DNA of 50,801 nt from Bacilli bacterium (GCA_051872535.1 JBJEDY010000036.1:1-50801); one strand, 5' to 3'; counted from the stretch's first letter, positions 8,054-17,579 are shown. The notes: generated by a model from the sequence alone, not told the origin. Numbers and translations are program-made.

Positions 8054-8341
8054 TTATACATTTGTTACACAATGACCATCGCCACCTCCCGCATTAATAT
8101 GATTACTAACAACTATTACATCGTTACCATTTCCATAAAAATCTAATGCTTTTTCTACTCTTTCATTAGGATCGAGAGTTATATCAGTAGACCTTGTTAT
8201 AGATACTGGTACTCCAAGTTCTTTCAATCTATCATACATATAATTAGAAATTTTTAATGTATAATCCTTTTCTACAATTCCATTAGCAGTTGCTCCACCA
8301 TCACTTCCACCATGACCTGCATCAATTACAATCTTTTTCAT
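8054..8341 (-). pseudogene. 5' fragment of an N-acetylmuramoyl-L-alanine amidase (Amidase_3) gene, truncated at the island junction
   Basis: MKKIVIDAGHGGSDGGA...VVSNHINAGGGDG is followed by six unrelated codons and a stop. About 95 aa remain, whereas intact family members are about 180-230 aa. A GAGGTGA RBS precedes the ATG at 8341. Confidence 0.7.
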
Positions 8342-8416
8342 AAGTTTCACCTCTATGATAAGATATGAAAAAGTCATTTTTAGTTTACTATCATTTGAAG
8401 GCATAAAAAAAACCAA

Positions 8417-9541
8417 CTATTGTTTTTGTGAGTTGGCTTCTAATTTAATCTTAACTTCTTTTTCTTTTCCATCACGGATAAGTTTAATCTTAACAGTATC
8501 TCCTACTTGATGTGAATAAATTTCATATCTAAAATCTGCAGTAGAAGAAATCTTTTCATCATCTACGTAAGTAATAATATCTCCTTTTTTTATACCAGCT
8601 TTATCAGCAGATAACCCATCTGATACTTCATTAACATAAATTCCATTTTTAGTTTCTGAATCAGTATATCCATAATATACAGCATAAGATAATTCCATAG
8701 TACTAATTCCTAGATATGGTCTTTGAATCTCCTTACCTTCTTCTAATATCTTAGCAGTATTTAATGCATCCTCTATAGGAATAGCAAACCCTATACCTTC
8801 AATACCAGTTGATGATACTTTAGATGAAGTAATACCAATAACTTCTCCATTACTATTACATAAAGGTCCACCACTATTACCACTATTTATTGCTACATCT
8901 GTTTGTAATAAACTCATTACAACATTATTAGTACTAAATTGATTATCAGCCATATTTAATGTAACTAAACGATCTTTTCCAGATAAAATACCTCTTGTAA
9001 CTGTCCATCCATATGCACTACTTACAGGACTTCCTACTGCAAATGCAGTATCACCCAACCTAGCATCTTCGCTACTTCCTAATTCAGCTACAGAAATAAC
9101 TTTATCAGAAGATATTTTTAAAACTGCAATATCTGAATACATATCACTACCTACAACTTTAGCATCAACAATATCTCCACTAGTAAATGTAACACTTACT
9201 ACTGATGCACCTTTTACTACATGATAATTAGTTAAAATATAAGCATCATCATCATTAATCTTATAGACAAATCCTGTCCCAGAAGCATATGGTTGTAAAT
9301 CTCCATTAGATTTCTTGAATGTATTAACTGTTACAACTGCATCATACACTTTTTCAACAGAATCAGCTATACCTTCCTCATTTACTGTAACTTCTTTTTC
9401 AGTCTTTGTAATATTAGTAACTGTATCTCCTGGATGTTTCTTAAAATAATAAGTTGTACAACCTATTCCAACAGCTAACATTAAAACTGATACTATTAAA
9501 ATAATTATTACTTCTTTTATAAAATTTTTTCTAGTTTCCAT
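8417..9541 (-). CDS. htrA: HtrA/DegP-family serine protease (S1C) with a PDZ domain
   Basis: There is an N-terminal TM segment. The catalytic motifs TNYHVV (His), DIAVLK (Asp) and GNSGGPL (Ser) are present. The C-terminus is PDZ-like (GLSADKAGIKKGDII). Confidence 0.9.
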   Translation of the reverse strand: METRKNFIKEVIIILIVSVLMLAVGIGCTTYYFKKHPGDTVTNITKTEKEVTVNEEGIADSVEKVYDAVVTVNTFKKSNGDLQPYASGTGFVYKINDDDAYILTNYHVVKGASVVSVTFTSGDIVDAKVVGSDMYSDIAVLKISSDKVISVAELGSSEDARLGDTAFAVGSPVSSAYGWTVTRGILSGKDRLVTLNMADNQFSTNNVVMSLLQTDVAINSGNSGGPLCNSNGEVIGITSSKVSSTGIEGIGFAIPIEDALNTAKILEEGKEIQRPYLGISTMELSYAVYYGYTDSETKNGIYVNEVSDGLSADKAGIKKGDIITYVDDEKISSTADFRYEIYSHQVGDTVKIKLIRDGKEKEVKIKLEANSQKQ

Positions 9542-10472
9542 AACTATCCATCCTTGCTATATCTTTATAATTTTGAGGAAAACCAATAGCATCTAATACT
9601 TTTTTAATACTAATAGTTTTTAGTTTCCCTTCTAATATATCTACTTCATATCCTATTTCGTTCATCATTAAAATAAAATCATCATTACGTAACATATATT
9701 TTAATATAATAATTAATGCAAATAAATCATCTTTACCATAGATATATTCATTATCCTGTTTCGGAATATTTAATGCTTTATGATAATAAGTATCTTCAAT
9801 TACTTTATGAGTTTTATGATTATATAAAATATCTTCATGAGCACATAGATTTCTAAAATTTGCTAAAATAGGAAAATAAATCAATAAATCATTAACAGAT
9901 ACTCCATAAATACATGCTATATCTTTCTGATCTTCTGGTTTCAAAATCGTAAATAATTCACTAACTACACCAAAAGACAATACTTTAACCAAAATCCATA
10001 ACGGTACATATCCATAATTATTAATATAGTGCATTGTAGCTGAGTGTTGAACACCATTAACTCTAATTTGTCTTTTCATTTTCTTAATTAAGTCATTTAC
10101 TTGTTTGGCTTTTTCATTACTTCTATTAAAGTTAGCTGGATTCAAATAATTCTTTTCTTTAATTCCATACTTTTTTGATAATTGATAAGATAAAATGCTT
10201 TTAGCGTTATTTTCAACAATAAGCAAATTTTTAAATACTATATTTCTTATCTGACGGTCAAAATTGAACATCGCATATAACTCATTAAAATTAGTTCCTG
10301 TTATAAACATACGATCTTTTTGAGATTTTAAAAAAAGATGTCTATAACCATTTATAAAGAAATAATTTTCATGAAGTAATATTTCTTTAGTATAATCAAT
10401 GTCATCAATTTCTAAGCCTTTACTTTTAAGAATGTCGATTTGTTCATCTAAAGTCTTAAATGTCTTTATCAT
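9531..10472 (-). CDS. Abi_2 (AbiD/AbiF-like) abortive-infection family protein
   Basis: The protein has YFFINGYRHLF, an FRNLCAHEDILYN motif (R-N-x-x-A-H) and a length of about 310 aa. Its stop overlaps the htrA start by 11 nt. Confidence 0.7.
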   Translation of the reverse strand: MIKTFKTLDEQIDILKSKGLEIDDIDYTKEILLHENYFFINGYRHLFLKSQKDRMFITGTNFNELYAMFNFDRQIRNIVFKNLLIVENNAKSILSYQLSKKYGIKEKNYLNPANFNRSNEKAKQVNDLIKKMKRQIRVNGVQHSATMHYINNYGYVPLWILVKVLSFGVVSELFTILKPEDQKDIACIYGVSVNDLLIYFPILANFRNLCAHEDILYNHKTHKVIEDTYYHKALNIPKQDNEYIYGKDDLFALIIILKYMLRNDDFILMMNEIGYEVDILEGKLKTISIKKVLDAIGFPQNYKDIARMDSYGN

Positions 10473-10570
10473 ATGGCCTCACCTACTATTAAATTATATC
10501 ATATTCTTAGATTTAAAGATATATTTTTATTGACTTAATATGTTATAATTTATTTAAGGTTGGTGATAAA

Positions 10571-11533
10571 ATGCCTTCAATAGTAACACATCATTCTTTT
10601 GCTAATACCGTTTTAAATAAAGCTAATAATATAAATGTTAATAAAGACATCTATAATGTTTTTGCTCAAAGTTTTGATTACTTCTTTTATTATAATTTTT
10701 TTGATTTTAAGAACAAATCAAAAATTGAAAATTTCGGTCATTATTGCCATAAAAATAAAACACAAAATTATTTAATTAATTTAATAAAAAACATTAAAGA
10801 AATGCACTTAGAAGAAAATTCTGATGCTCTTGGTTATTTATATGGATCTATTACTCATTATGTTTTAGATACTAATTGTCATCCTTATATTTTTTATAAA
10901 ACAGGTTGTTTTGATAAAGGAGATAAAGAATCATACAAATATCGTGGAATGCATACAAAAATGGAAAAACATTTAGATGCTTTTTTTAGTAAACAATTCT
11001 TCAAAAAAATTATTTATAAATTAAATATTCGCAAAGAAATAATCGGTAATGCAAAATTTTCTCAAGAACTAATTGACTTATTGAACAAAACATTTGAGGA
11101 TACTTATAATAAAAAAAATATGGCTAAATACTTTATTAAAAGTTATAATTTCAGTAAGTTTACCTATAATGTCTTATGTCAAGATAAATACGGAATAAAA
11201 AGAAAAATATACAAATTTGTTGATTTTGTAGCTAGAAAAAGATTACCTTTATTTGTTGATTACTCAACTTATATTCGTAATGAAGACATTAGTTATTTAA
11301 ATATTGAACATAAACCATGGCATCATCCTTGCAATAATGAAGTTCATAATGACTCTTTTCTTGATTTATATAATGATAGTATTATTAAAGCACTAAAAAT
11401 ATTTAAAGAAGTAGATAAAAATTTAAATGAGCGTGAAGATATAGAAAAAATAACAGATATAATTGAAGATTTATCGTATACAACTGGATTACCTTTAGAT
11501 AAAAATAGAGGATTTAGATATTTTGAATACTAA
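10571..11533 (+). CDS. Zinc-dependent phospholipase C-like family protein
   Basis: The N-terminus MPSIVTHHSF and the His-rich segment GSITHYVLDTNCHPY are typical of this family in Firmicutes. An extended -10 (TGTTATAAT) and a GGTGA RBS lie upstream. Confidence 0.45.
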   Translation: MPSIVTHHSFANTVLNKANNINVNKDIYNVFAQSFDYFFYYNFFDFKNKSKIENFGHYCHKNKTQNYLINLIKNIKEMHLEENSDALGYLYGSITHYVLDTNCHPYIFYKTGCFDKGDKESYKYRGMHTKMEKHLDAFFSKQFFKKIIYKLNIRKEIIGNAKFSQELIDLLNKTFEDTYNKKNMAKYFIKSYNFSKFTYNVLCQDKYGIKRKIYKFVDFVARKRLPLFVDYSTYIRNEDISYLNIEHKPWHHPCNNEVHNDSFLDLYNDSIIKALKIFKEVDKNLNEREDIEKITDIIEDLSYTTGLPLDKNRGFRYFEY

Positions 11534-12192
11534 TTATTCTTATTTATATAATAACTAATTACTCCATCTACTATACCAGAAACTAATTTTTCTTGGTAAT
11601 TTTCATCTACTAGCAGCTTTCTTTCTTTAGCATTTGATATAAAACCACATTCAATTAAAACACCAGAAATATTAAGTTTCCGATACATGTAATAATTCTG
11701 ACTAATTTTTTTAGCATCTCTACTAGCATTTACTTTATCATTTAAAGATTTTTGAATGCTTTCAGCTAAGTCTTTATCTTTAACATTATAAAATACTTGT
11801 GGACCACTATATCTACTATCACTTAAATAATTAATATGAATAGAAAAATACATATCAGCATTGCTATTATTAATATAATTTATTCGATTATCAAAATCGG
11901 ATTTTTTTCTTCTATCAGCTTCAGGATAACTTAAATCATAATCATCATTTCTTGTTAAATAAACTGTTGCTCCTTTACTAACTAATTCTTCCTTTAATTT
12001 TAAAGATAAATCCAAATTAATATCCTTTTCTTCCAATTTCTGAAATGAAGTTCCAGCATCTTTTCCTCCATGCCCTGGATCAATTACAAAAACTAATCCT
12101 TTTAACACATTATTATTGTACTTAGCATATGCAAATATTATAACAAGAAAAAAAGTAATAATTGCAAATAATACATAATAAATTCTTTTCAT
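11530..12192 (-). CDS. cwlD: N-acetylmuramoyl-L-alanine amidase, CwlD-like (germination-specific)
   Basis: There is a signal anchor followed by VIDPGHGGKDAGT, FSIHINY and LIECGFISN. The position next to rplM-rpsI matches B. subtilis. Confidence 0.75.
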   Translation of the reverse strand: MKRIYYVLFAIITFFLVIIFAYAKYNNNVLKGLVFVIDPGHGGKDAGTSFQKLEEKDINLDLSLKLKEELVSKGATVYLTRNDDYDLSYPEADRRKKSDFDNRINYINNSNADMYFSIHINYLSDSRYSGPQVFYNVKDKDLAESIQKSLNDKVNASRDAKKISQNYYMYRKLNISGVLIECGFISNAKERKLLVDENYQEKLVSGIVDGVISYYINKNN

Positions 12193-12490
12193 TAAACCAC
12201 CTATATAATTATATACAATTACTACTTCACATATTTATCATCAAATAATTTATAGAATTCTTTTGTTTTTTTCTTTATTTTTTTTCTAAGTAATAATAAT
12301 AATAAAATTTTTGGAACTATTCCCTTCTTTTTTTTAAGTTTTATTTGGTAATCTATAAGAGGTTTTAAAACATTATTATAATAAGACACTCTAATCATAC
12401 TACCACCAAAGTCATTATATCATATTTTATGAAGTACAACTTAACAGATAATATTTTGATTTTAACCTATATTATTAATAGGTGATTAAT

Positions 12491-12748
12491 ATGACAACAT
12501 TTAAAAGAGACTTTGATTTTGTTGAAAATTTAAATCAAATTATTTCTTATAATGTTAGAAAATATCGAAAACTAGCAGGTATCACCCAAGAACAACTTGC
12601 TGTAGATATTGGTATTTCTCCAGATTATATAAGAAGATTTGAATCTCAAGAAGGAAAGGAAGGAATATCAATTAAAACATTATATAAGATATCTGTTGTC
12701 TTAAATGTACCAATGGATAAATTCTTTGAAGAACTAATTGAAGATTAG
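12491..12748 (+). CDS. XRE-family helix-turn-helix transcriptional regulator
   Basis: LAGITQEQLAVDIGISPDYIRRFE is a classic HTH_3 motif. AGGTGA lies 5 nt before the ATG at 12491. Confidence 0.8.
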   Translation: MTTFKRDFDFVENLNQIISYNVRKYRKLAGITQEQLAVDIGISPDYIRRFESQEGKEGISIKTLYKISVVLNVPMDKFFEELIED

Positions 12749-12792
12749 GTCTTTTTTTATGGAATTATTTACTAGCATTAAATAAAATTAAA

Positions 12793-12823
12793 GCAACAAA
12801 AAAGCCCGTAAATACGAGCTTTT
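12793..12823 (-). terminator. rpsI terminator
   Basis: On the minus strand the stem is AAAGCTCG / CGGGCTTT, followed by TTTGTTGC. Its U-G wobble exists only on the minus strand. Confidence 0.65.
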
Positions 12824-12848
12824 CGAAACATTGAAACTTTGTAATATC

Positions 12849-13268
12849 CTAACGTTTTGAGAATTGTGGAGCACGACGTGCTTTCTTTAAACCTGGTTTT
12901 TTACGTTCTTTGCTTCTTGGATCTCTTGTAACAAATCCAGCAGTTTTAAGAACTTTACGATAAGAATCTTCTCTAGTTTGATCAGTGTTAGCATCAAAAG
13001 CCAGTAAAGCTCTTGTAATACCTAATCTTATAGCACCTGTTTGACCAGAGAATCCACCACCTTTAACAGTAACATCTATATCAAAATTTTTTTCATTTCC
13101 AGTAGCTACCAAAGGTTGTTTTAAATCCATTACTAATGTAGCAAATGGCATATATTCATTAACATCTACACCATTAATAGTTATTTTTCCTTTTCCGTTA
13201 GTTAATCTAACTTGAGCACTAGATCTTTTTCTACGACCTGTTGCAGTCCATACTTGTTTATTAGCCAT
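12849..13268 (-). CDS. rpsI: 30S ribosomal protein S9
   Basis: [26 protein letters not shown] and the C-terminus [24 protein letters not shown] are all present. Confidence 0.97.
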   Translation of the reverse strand: MANKQVWTATGRRKRSSAQVRLTNGKGKITINGVDVNEYMPFATLVMDLKQPLVATGNEKNFDIDVTVKGGGFSGQTGAIRLGITRALLAFDANTDQTREDSYRKVLKTAGFVTRDPRSKERKKPGLKKARRAPQFSKR

Positions 13269-13282
13269 GAATAAAAACCTCC

Positions 13283-13714
13283 TTAATTAATTTTCATTTC
13301 TACTGGTTTTTGAGCTTGTTGTTTATGTTCAGGACCAGCATATACAAATAACTTAGTATACATTTGTCTTCCTAATCTTCCCTTAGGTAACATACCTTTA
13401 ACAGCTCTTTCAACCATTTCTTCTGGATATTTAGATATCATTTCTTCTGCATTACGTTCTCTAAGTCCGCCAGCATATCTACTGTGATTATAATACATCT
13501 TATCACTTAGTTTATTTCCAGTTAATTTTACCTTTGCAGCATTTACTATAATTACATAGTCACCACAATCAACGTGAGGTGTAAAAGTTGGTTTATGTTT
13601 ACCTCTTAAAACTGTAGCAGCTTTAGTAGCAACTCTACCTAAACTAATACCTTCTGCGTCAATTACATACCACTTACGTTCAATAGTTTCTTTCTTTTCC
13701 ATAAATGTATTCAT
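13283..13714 (-). CDS. rplM: 50S ribosomal protein L13
   Basis: [15 protein letters not shown]...[19 protein letters not shown] is present, and the gene is adjacent to rpsI. Confidence 0.97.
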   Translation of the reverse strand: MNTFMEKKETIERKWYVIDAEGISLGRVATKAATVLRGKHKPTFTPHVDCGDYVIIVNAAKVKLTGNKLSDKMYYNHSRYAGGLRERNAEEMISKYPEEMVERAVKGMLPKGRLGRQMYTKLFVYAGPEHKQQAQKPVEMKIN

Positions 13715-13737
13715 AATATAAATCCTTTCTTTACCCG

Positions 13738-13785
13738 TATTTCTTCGACTTTCCCAGGGTCTAAAAACGTGGGTAAATAAAATGT
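13738..13785 (-). promoter_or_regulatory. Possible L13 (rplM) autoregulatory leader hairpin
   Basis: A GC-rich hairpin (TTTACCCAC...ACGGGTAAA on the minus strand, with an inner CCC-GGG stem) lies immediately 5' of the rplM RBS. Confidence 0.3.
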
Positions 13786-13842
13786 ACCATTCAAAATTAT
13801 ATGAGAAAACAACAAAAATGTCAACAATAACTAGTACTTTTT

Positions 13843-14562
13843 CTAATATTCAATCTTATCTAAGTATAGTCCACAAGATGGAGCTGTAAATAAAGACATT
13901 GCTTTCTTAGTTTTTAACATTTCTTTAATCTTCTTAATATCCTCTTTTCCTCTACCCACTTCAATTAAAGCACCAATCATATTTCTTACCATATATCGAT
14001 AAAAACTTTTCCCAATAAAAGTTATTTCCAAAATATTATTTCTTTTCTTAAACTTTATTTTGTAAATAATAGCTTTATAATTATCTCTCGATCCAGAAAC
14101 GAAATTATGAAAATCATGTATTCCTTTAAAAGCTTTTGCACATTTCTTCATCTTTCTAACATCTAATTTATATGGACATTGATAAATATAATCAACCATT
14201 ACTGGATCATAGTCTCCTAAATTAATTTTATATGTATACTGTTTTGTTTTAACTGAAAATCTCGCATGAAAATCGTTATTAACAACACTACAATCTATGA
14301 CATGAATATAATCATTGACTAAAGAATTAATCGCATTTTTTAGTCTTTCCGGCGGAATATTAAAATTAAGTTCAAATGAAATTTTCTGACCATGAGCGTG
14401 AACTCCTCGATCTGTTCTTCCTGCTCCTTTAACCTGAACTGATTCTTTATTAATTACAGATAAAGCACCTTCTAAAGACTTTTGAACAGAGTATCCTTTA
14501 TTTAATCTTTGAAACCCTAAAAACTTACTACCATCATATGCAACAGTGGCTAAATATTTCAT
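13843..14562 (-). CDS. truA: tRNA pseudouridine(38-40) synthase TruA
   Basis: YDGS.F.GFQ and [11 protein letters not shown] (catalytic Asp) are present, and the synteny with rplM fits. Confidence 0.92.
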   Translation of the reverse strand: MKYLATVAYDGSKFLGFQRLNKGYSVQKSLEGALSVINKESVQVKGAGRTDRGVHAHGQKISFELNFNIPPERLKNAINSLVNDYIHVIDCSVVNNDFHARFSVKTKQYTYKINLGDYDPVMVDYIYQCPYKLDVRKMKKCAKAFKGIHDFHNFVSGSRDNYKAIIYKIKFKKRNNILEITFIGKSFYRYMVRNMIGALIEVGRGKEDIKKIKEMLKTKKAMSLFTAPSCGLYLDKIEY

Positions 14563-14573
14563 AAAACACCTAC

Positions 14574-15362
14574 CTAAGCAATATCTCGATATATTCCTTT
14601 AATTAATTCTTTTATATCAACATATTCATCTATATTATGTCCTTCACTTCTTAAATATTTTATAAAATTAATAAGAAAAGGCATATCTGTATAGTCATAC
14701 ATATCATCATTATAACATGACTCACTACAATTTACTAAATAACCATTGTTAATAACAATATACTTATCAACAATATTTTTCATAAAATCAACATTATTTG
14801 AAATTAATATAATTGTTTTATTATACTTTATTTTTAAAACTCTAAGAAGTCTTTTAAAATTTTCTCTTTCTTTGTAAGTAAGACCAAGCTCAAAATTATC
14901 AAAAACTAATACATCTGGATTATAAGATAAAGCAAGTGCTAGTGATAATTTATTCTTCTCTGTAGCAGATAAGCTATTTGGATTTCTATCTAGAATATCA
15001 GAAGACAATCCAACTATTTTAAACATCCAGCTAGTTAATTTATCAACATTCTCTATATTATAATTATTTATAGTTGATTCTATTTCTTCTTTTACGGTCT
15101 TATTCATATATATATTTCTAGTATAATACTTAATAATTCCTATTTTCTTACTTATTTCTTTTTTATTTACTCTGCATCCCTTTTTAATCATAACATTACC
15201 AAGTCTTATTGTTCCAGAACTTGGTCGATTTTCTAATGATAATAAATCAATAATTCCAGTGTCATAATCAGTAATAATTCCTGTAATCCTATTACTATCA
15301 ATAATAAAATTGGTATCAATTAACTTATCATTATAAGTTAATTGTAAAAATTCTATTTCCAT
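14574..15362 (-). CDS. EcfA2-like ABC ATPase paralog with a degenerate Walker A
   Basis: The ABC signature is LSATEKNKLSLALAL, the Walker-B-like motif is VLVFDNFE, and the EcfA-type C-terminus is DMPFLINFIKYL. There is no GxxGxGK[ST] (GIITDYDTGII instead). The position matches ecfA' of B. subtilis. Confidence 0.6.
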   Translation of the reverse strand: MEIEFLQLTYNDKLIDTNFIIDSNRITGIITDYDTGIIDLLSLENRPSSGTIRLGNVMIKKGCRVNKKEISKKIGIIKYYTRNIYMNKTVKEEIESTINNYNIENVDKLTSWMFKIVGLSSDILDRNPNSLSATEKNKLSLALALSYNPDVLVFDNFELGLTYKERENFKRLLRVLKIKYNKTIILISNNVDFMKNIVDKYIVINNGYLVNCSESCYNDDMYDYTDMPFLINFIKYLRSEGHNIDEYVDIKELIKGIYRDIA

Positions 15363-16138
15363 AATTTATTCACCATCTCTTCTTTATCAAGATAGATTTT
15401 ATCTAATAAACCATAACAACTTAATTGAATAGATAAATCAACCATAAAAGGTAAGTCAAAACCTATACGACGTAATAATTTTTCCTCTTTTAAAACTCCC
15501 ATAGTAGAACCTTCTATTGCTACTTTTCCATTCAATAATATAACTAAGTATTCTGTAAACAATGCATCGTTTATATCCGATATTACATTTATTAAAGTAA
15601 TATTATTACCAATTAAATATTTCGTATATTTCTTTTTAAAATCGCTACTTAAATATTTAAATACATCATCAATTAAAATCATATCTGGTTTAGTAATTGT
15701 TTTAACTAAAACTCTAGATGTCATTTCTTCTCGATAGGTCATTAAAGAAAATTTCTTATCAATTATATTTTCTAAATGAAAATATGATACAAACTCATCT
15801 ATTAAAAACTCTAAATCTCTTTCTCTAAACCCCCTAACTAATAATAAATATTCAAATTCATTTCTTAATGTATCTTTAGAAAACAAATCCATTTCTGTTA
15901 CTGTATGAACAATCGGTACAGTATTTTTAACATAAGTAAATAAAGACTCACTAAGTTTAATACTGCCTTGATAATATAAAGTTCCATTTATACAATTAAT
16001 TAAAGTAGATTTTCCACACGCAGAAGGTCCCATTATTGCATAAGAATTATAATCATTTAAATTAAGACTTAAATCATTTAAAACTTGTACTTTATCATCA
16101 TATGCAAAATTAAGTTTTTGTATGTCGACGTAGACCAT
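15353..16138 (-). CDS. EcfA1-like ABC ATPase paralog (Walker A intact, signature and catalytic residues degenerate)
   Basis: Walker A is GPSACGKST and Walker B is MILIDDV (D-D rather than D-E). No LSGGQ was found, and the H-loop His is replaced. The C-terminus GFDLPFMVDLSIQL is EcfA-like. AGGTGA lies 6 nt before the ATG at 16138. Confidence 0.6.
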   Translation of the reverse strand: MVYVDIQKLNFAYDDKVQVLNDLSLNLNDYNSYAIMGPSACGKSTLINCINGTLYYQGSIKLSESLFTYVKNTVPIVHTVTEMDLFSKDTLRNEFEYLLLVRGFRERDLEFLIDEFVSYFHLENIIDKKFSLMTYREEMTSRVLVKTITKPDMILIDDVFKYLSSDFKKKYTKYLIGNNITLINVISDINDALFTEYLVILLNGKVAIEGSTMGVLKEEKLLRRIGFDLPFMVDLSIQLSCYGLLDKIYLDKEEMVNKLWK

Positions 16139-16195
16139 TTCCACTCACCTTAAATATGTATTATACAATAAAGTTATCTAATATTGAAGAAAAAG

Positions 16196-16222
16196 CATAA
16201 AAAAAAGTGAATAATCACTTTT
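16196..16222 (-). terminator. nrdG terminator
   Basis: The stem AAAAGTGA / TCACTTTT has an ATAA loop and is followed on the minus strand by a T8 run. Confidence 0.65.
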
Positions 16223-16330
16223 TATCAAAAAGATCTCATTATCTTACATTTAAAACTATATATATTTGTAAAAAATCATTAAACACAAAATAATATTAAA
16301 TTTATAATATTTTAAATTGCTTTAGAATAA

Positions 16331-16861
16331 CTATTTGTCCCCTTCATATATATATTTAGGAACTTCTACTATTTTATTACTTTTTAAACTTTCTTTAACA
16401 TCGATAATTCTCTGATTAGAACTACCTCGAAACTTAACTGTAAAATTCTTTTTATCAAGTTCGAATTTACCATCTACTAAAATATCAATTTCATTTAATA
16501 TATCTGCATATATAGGTTTATTCTTACTCAATTCTAATAATTGTTCATATGTAAAGCCTGAATAACACCAAACATTCATCCCACATTCATGGGTACATTT
16601 TGCCAACTCTAAAAGAGCTTCAGGTTGAAACATAGGATCTCCTCCAGAAAATGTGACACCAGATTGAAACTCCAATTCCCTTATTACTTTCTTAACATCT
16701 TCAACATCAATTTCTTCACCAGCATCAAAAGCATGCGATTCGGGATTATGACATCCTTTACAATTATGAGAACATCCTTGAAACCAAATGACAGTTCTAA
16801 TTCCTTCCCCATCAACGATACTATCTGATTCAATTGAACCAGCAAGTCTTACTTTTGTCAT
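16331..16861 (-). CDS. nrdG: Anaerobic ribonucleoside-triphosphate reductase activating protein (radical SAM)
   Basis: The cluster motif is GCSHNCKGCHNP, and GVTFSGGDP is present. The length is about 176 aa from the SD-supported ATG at 16861. Confidence 0.85.
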   Translation of the reverse strand: MTKVRLAGSIESDSIVDGEGIRTVIWFQGCSHNCKGCHNPESHAFDAGEEIDVEDVKKVIRELEFQSGVTFSGGDPMFQPEALLELAKCTHECGMNVWCYSGFTYEQLLELSKNKPIYADILNEIDILVDGKFELDKKNFTVKFRGSSNQRIIDVKESLKSNKIVEVPKYIYEGDK

Positions 16862-16935
16862 ACTACTCACCCACATCTTTATTATACTACACATTAAGAC
16901 AAAGAAAAAGAAGATCACTCTTCCTATAACTCATA

Positions 16936-17235
16936 TTATTGTTGTAAAATTATTACTTCTCCTGGTTTTGATAAATAAAATTTTTCCCTTGCATATCTAG
17001 CAATATATTCAGGATCTTGTAGTTTTGTTACCTCACTTTTTAAAGAAGCTTCTTCTTCAAGTAATTCTTCATATTCACTATTCATACTTTTAATTGCTTT
17101 TTTATTGGTTATGATAGTTGCCCAATCAGAGAATGTCGAACCAACCAAAACAGTAATAAGCACTGCAAAAATAGCTGATGCTAAAACCAATCTTCTACGA
17201 CTTCCAGCATAAACTTTTTTCTTTGATTTAGACAT
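16936..17235 (-). CDS. divIC: Septum formation initiator FtsB/DivIC family
   Basis: A TM anchor, a coiled coil and LQDPEYIARYAREKFYLSKPGE are present. The yabP-yabQ-divIC synteny fits. Confidence 0.85.
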   Translation of the reverse strand: MSKSKKKVYAGSRRRLVLASAIFAVLITVLVGSTFSDWATIITNKKAIKSMNSEYEELLEEEASLKSEVTKLQDPEYIARYAREKFYLSKPGEVIILQQ

Positions 17236-17288
17236 ATTATCACCCCAATTTCAACTTTATTATAGCACTTTTAAAATAGACAAGTTCA

Positions 17289-17579
17289 TCAATAATTGAG
17301 TGATTTACGTTTTTTATATAATTGTTTACACTTAAAGTAAAAATAGTATCCTAAAATAAGCATTGCATAAAAATATATATGAATTATCCCATCACATATA
17401 AAGTAAAGCAGTACTATGTATGAAAGACTTAAAACAACTATTAAAAGCAAATAAATTAAAATATTTATTATTTTATTATATTTAAGTAATCTAGATAAAT
17501 TAAAATTAACTATAAACCCCATACCAAAACCAAATACAAATGATAAAAATAATACAAATAATTGTAAAAAACTATTCAT
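17289..17579 (-). CDS. yabQ: Spore cortex biosynthesis membrane protein YabQ-like
   Basis: This small polytopic membrane protein lies between yabP and divIC, as in B. subtilis. Confidence 0.5.
   Translation of the reverse strand: MNSFLQLFVLFLSFVFGFGMGFIVNFNLSRLLKYNKIINILIYLLLIVVLSLSYIVLLYFICDGIIHIYFYAMLILGYYFYFKCKQLYKKRKSLNY

Larger units (their letters stand above)
1..8075. mobile_element. Integrated genomic island with a Tn4451-like backbone: large serine recombinase at one end, TnpV-like gene at the other. Cargo is a BcgI-like RM system and an unknown two-gene cassette. It is inserted in an amidase gene, and its left boundary lies at or beyond the window start.
   Basis: The recombinase (7..1587) and the TnpV-like gene (7661..8011) bracket genes that are not part of the conserved B. 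subtilis-like synteny. Immediately right of TnpV, an Amidase_3 ORF stops abruptly after SNHINAGGGDG (8054..8341). Confidence 0.6.

Noticed and set aside
12222-12398. A 58-aa minus-strand ORF upstream of cwlD
   Set aside because: It is dominated by a (TAA)n simple repeat, translated as poly-Leu, and by Lys runs. The sequence is low-complexity and not convincing as a gene.
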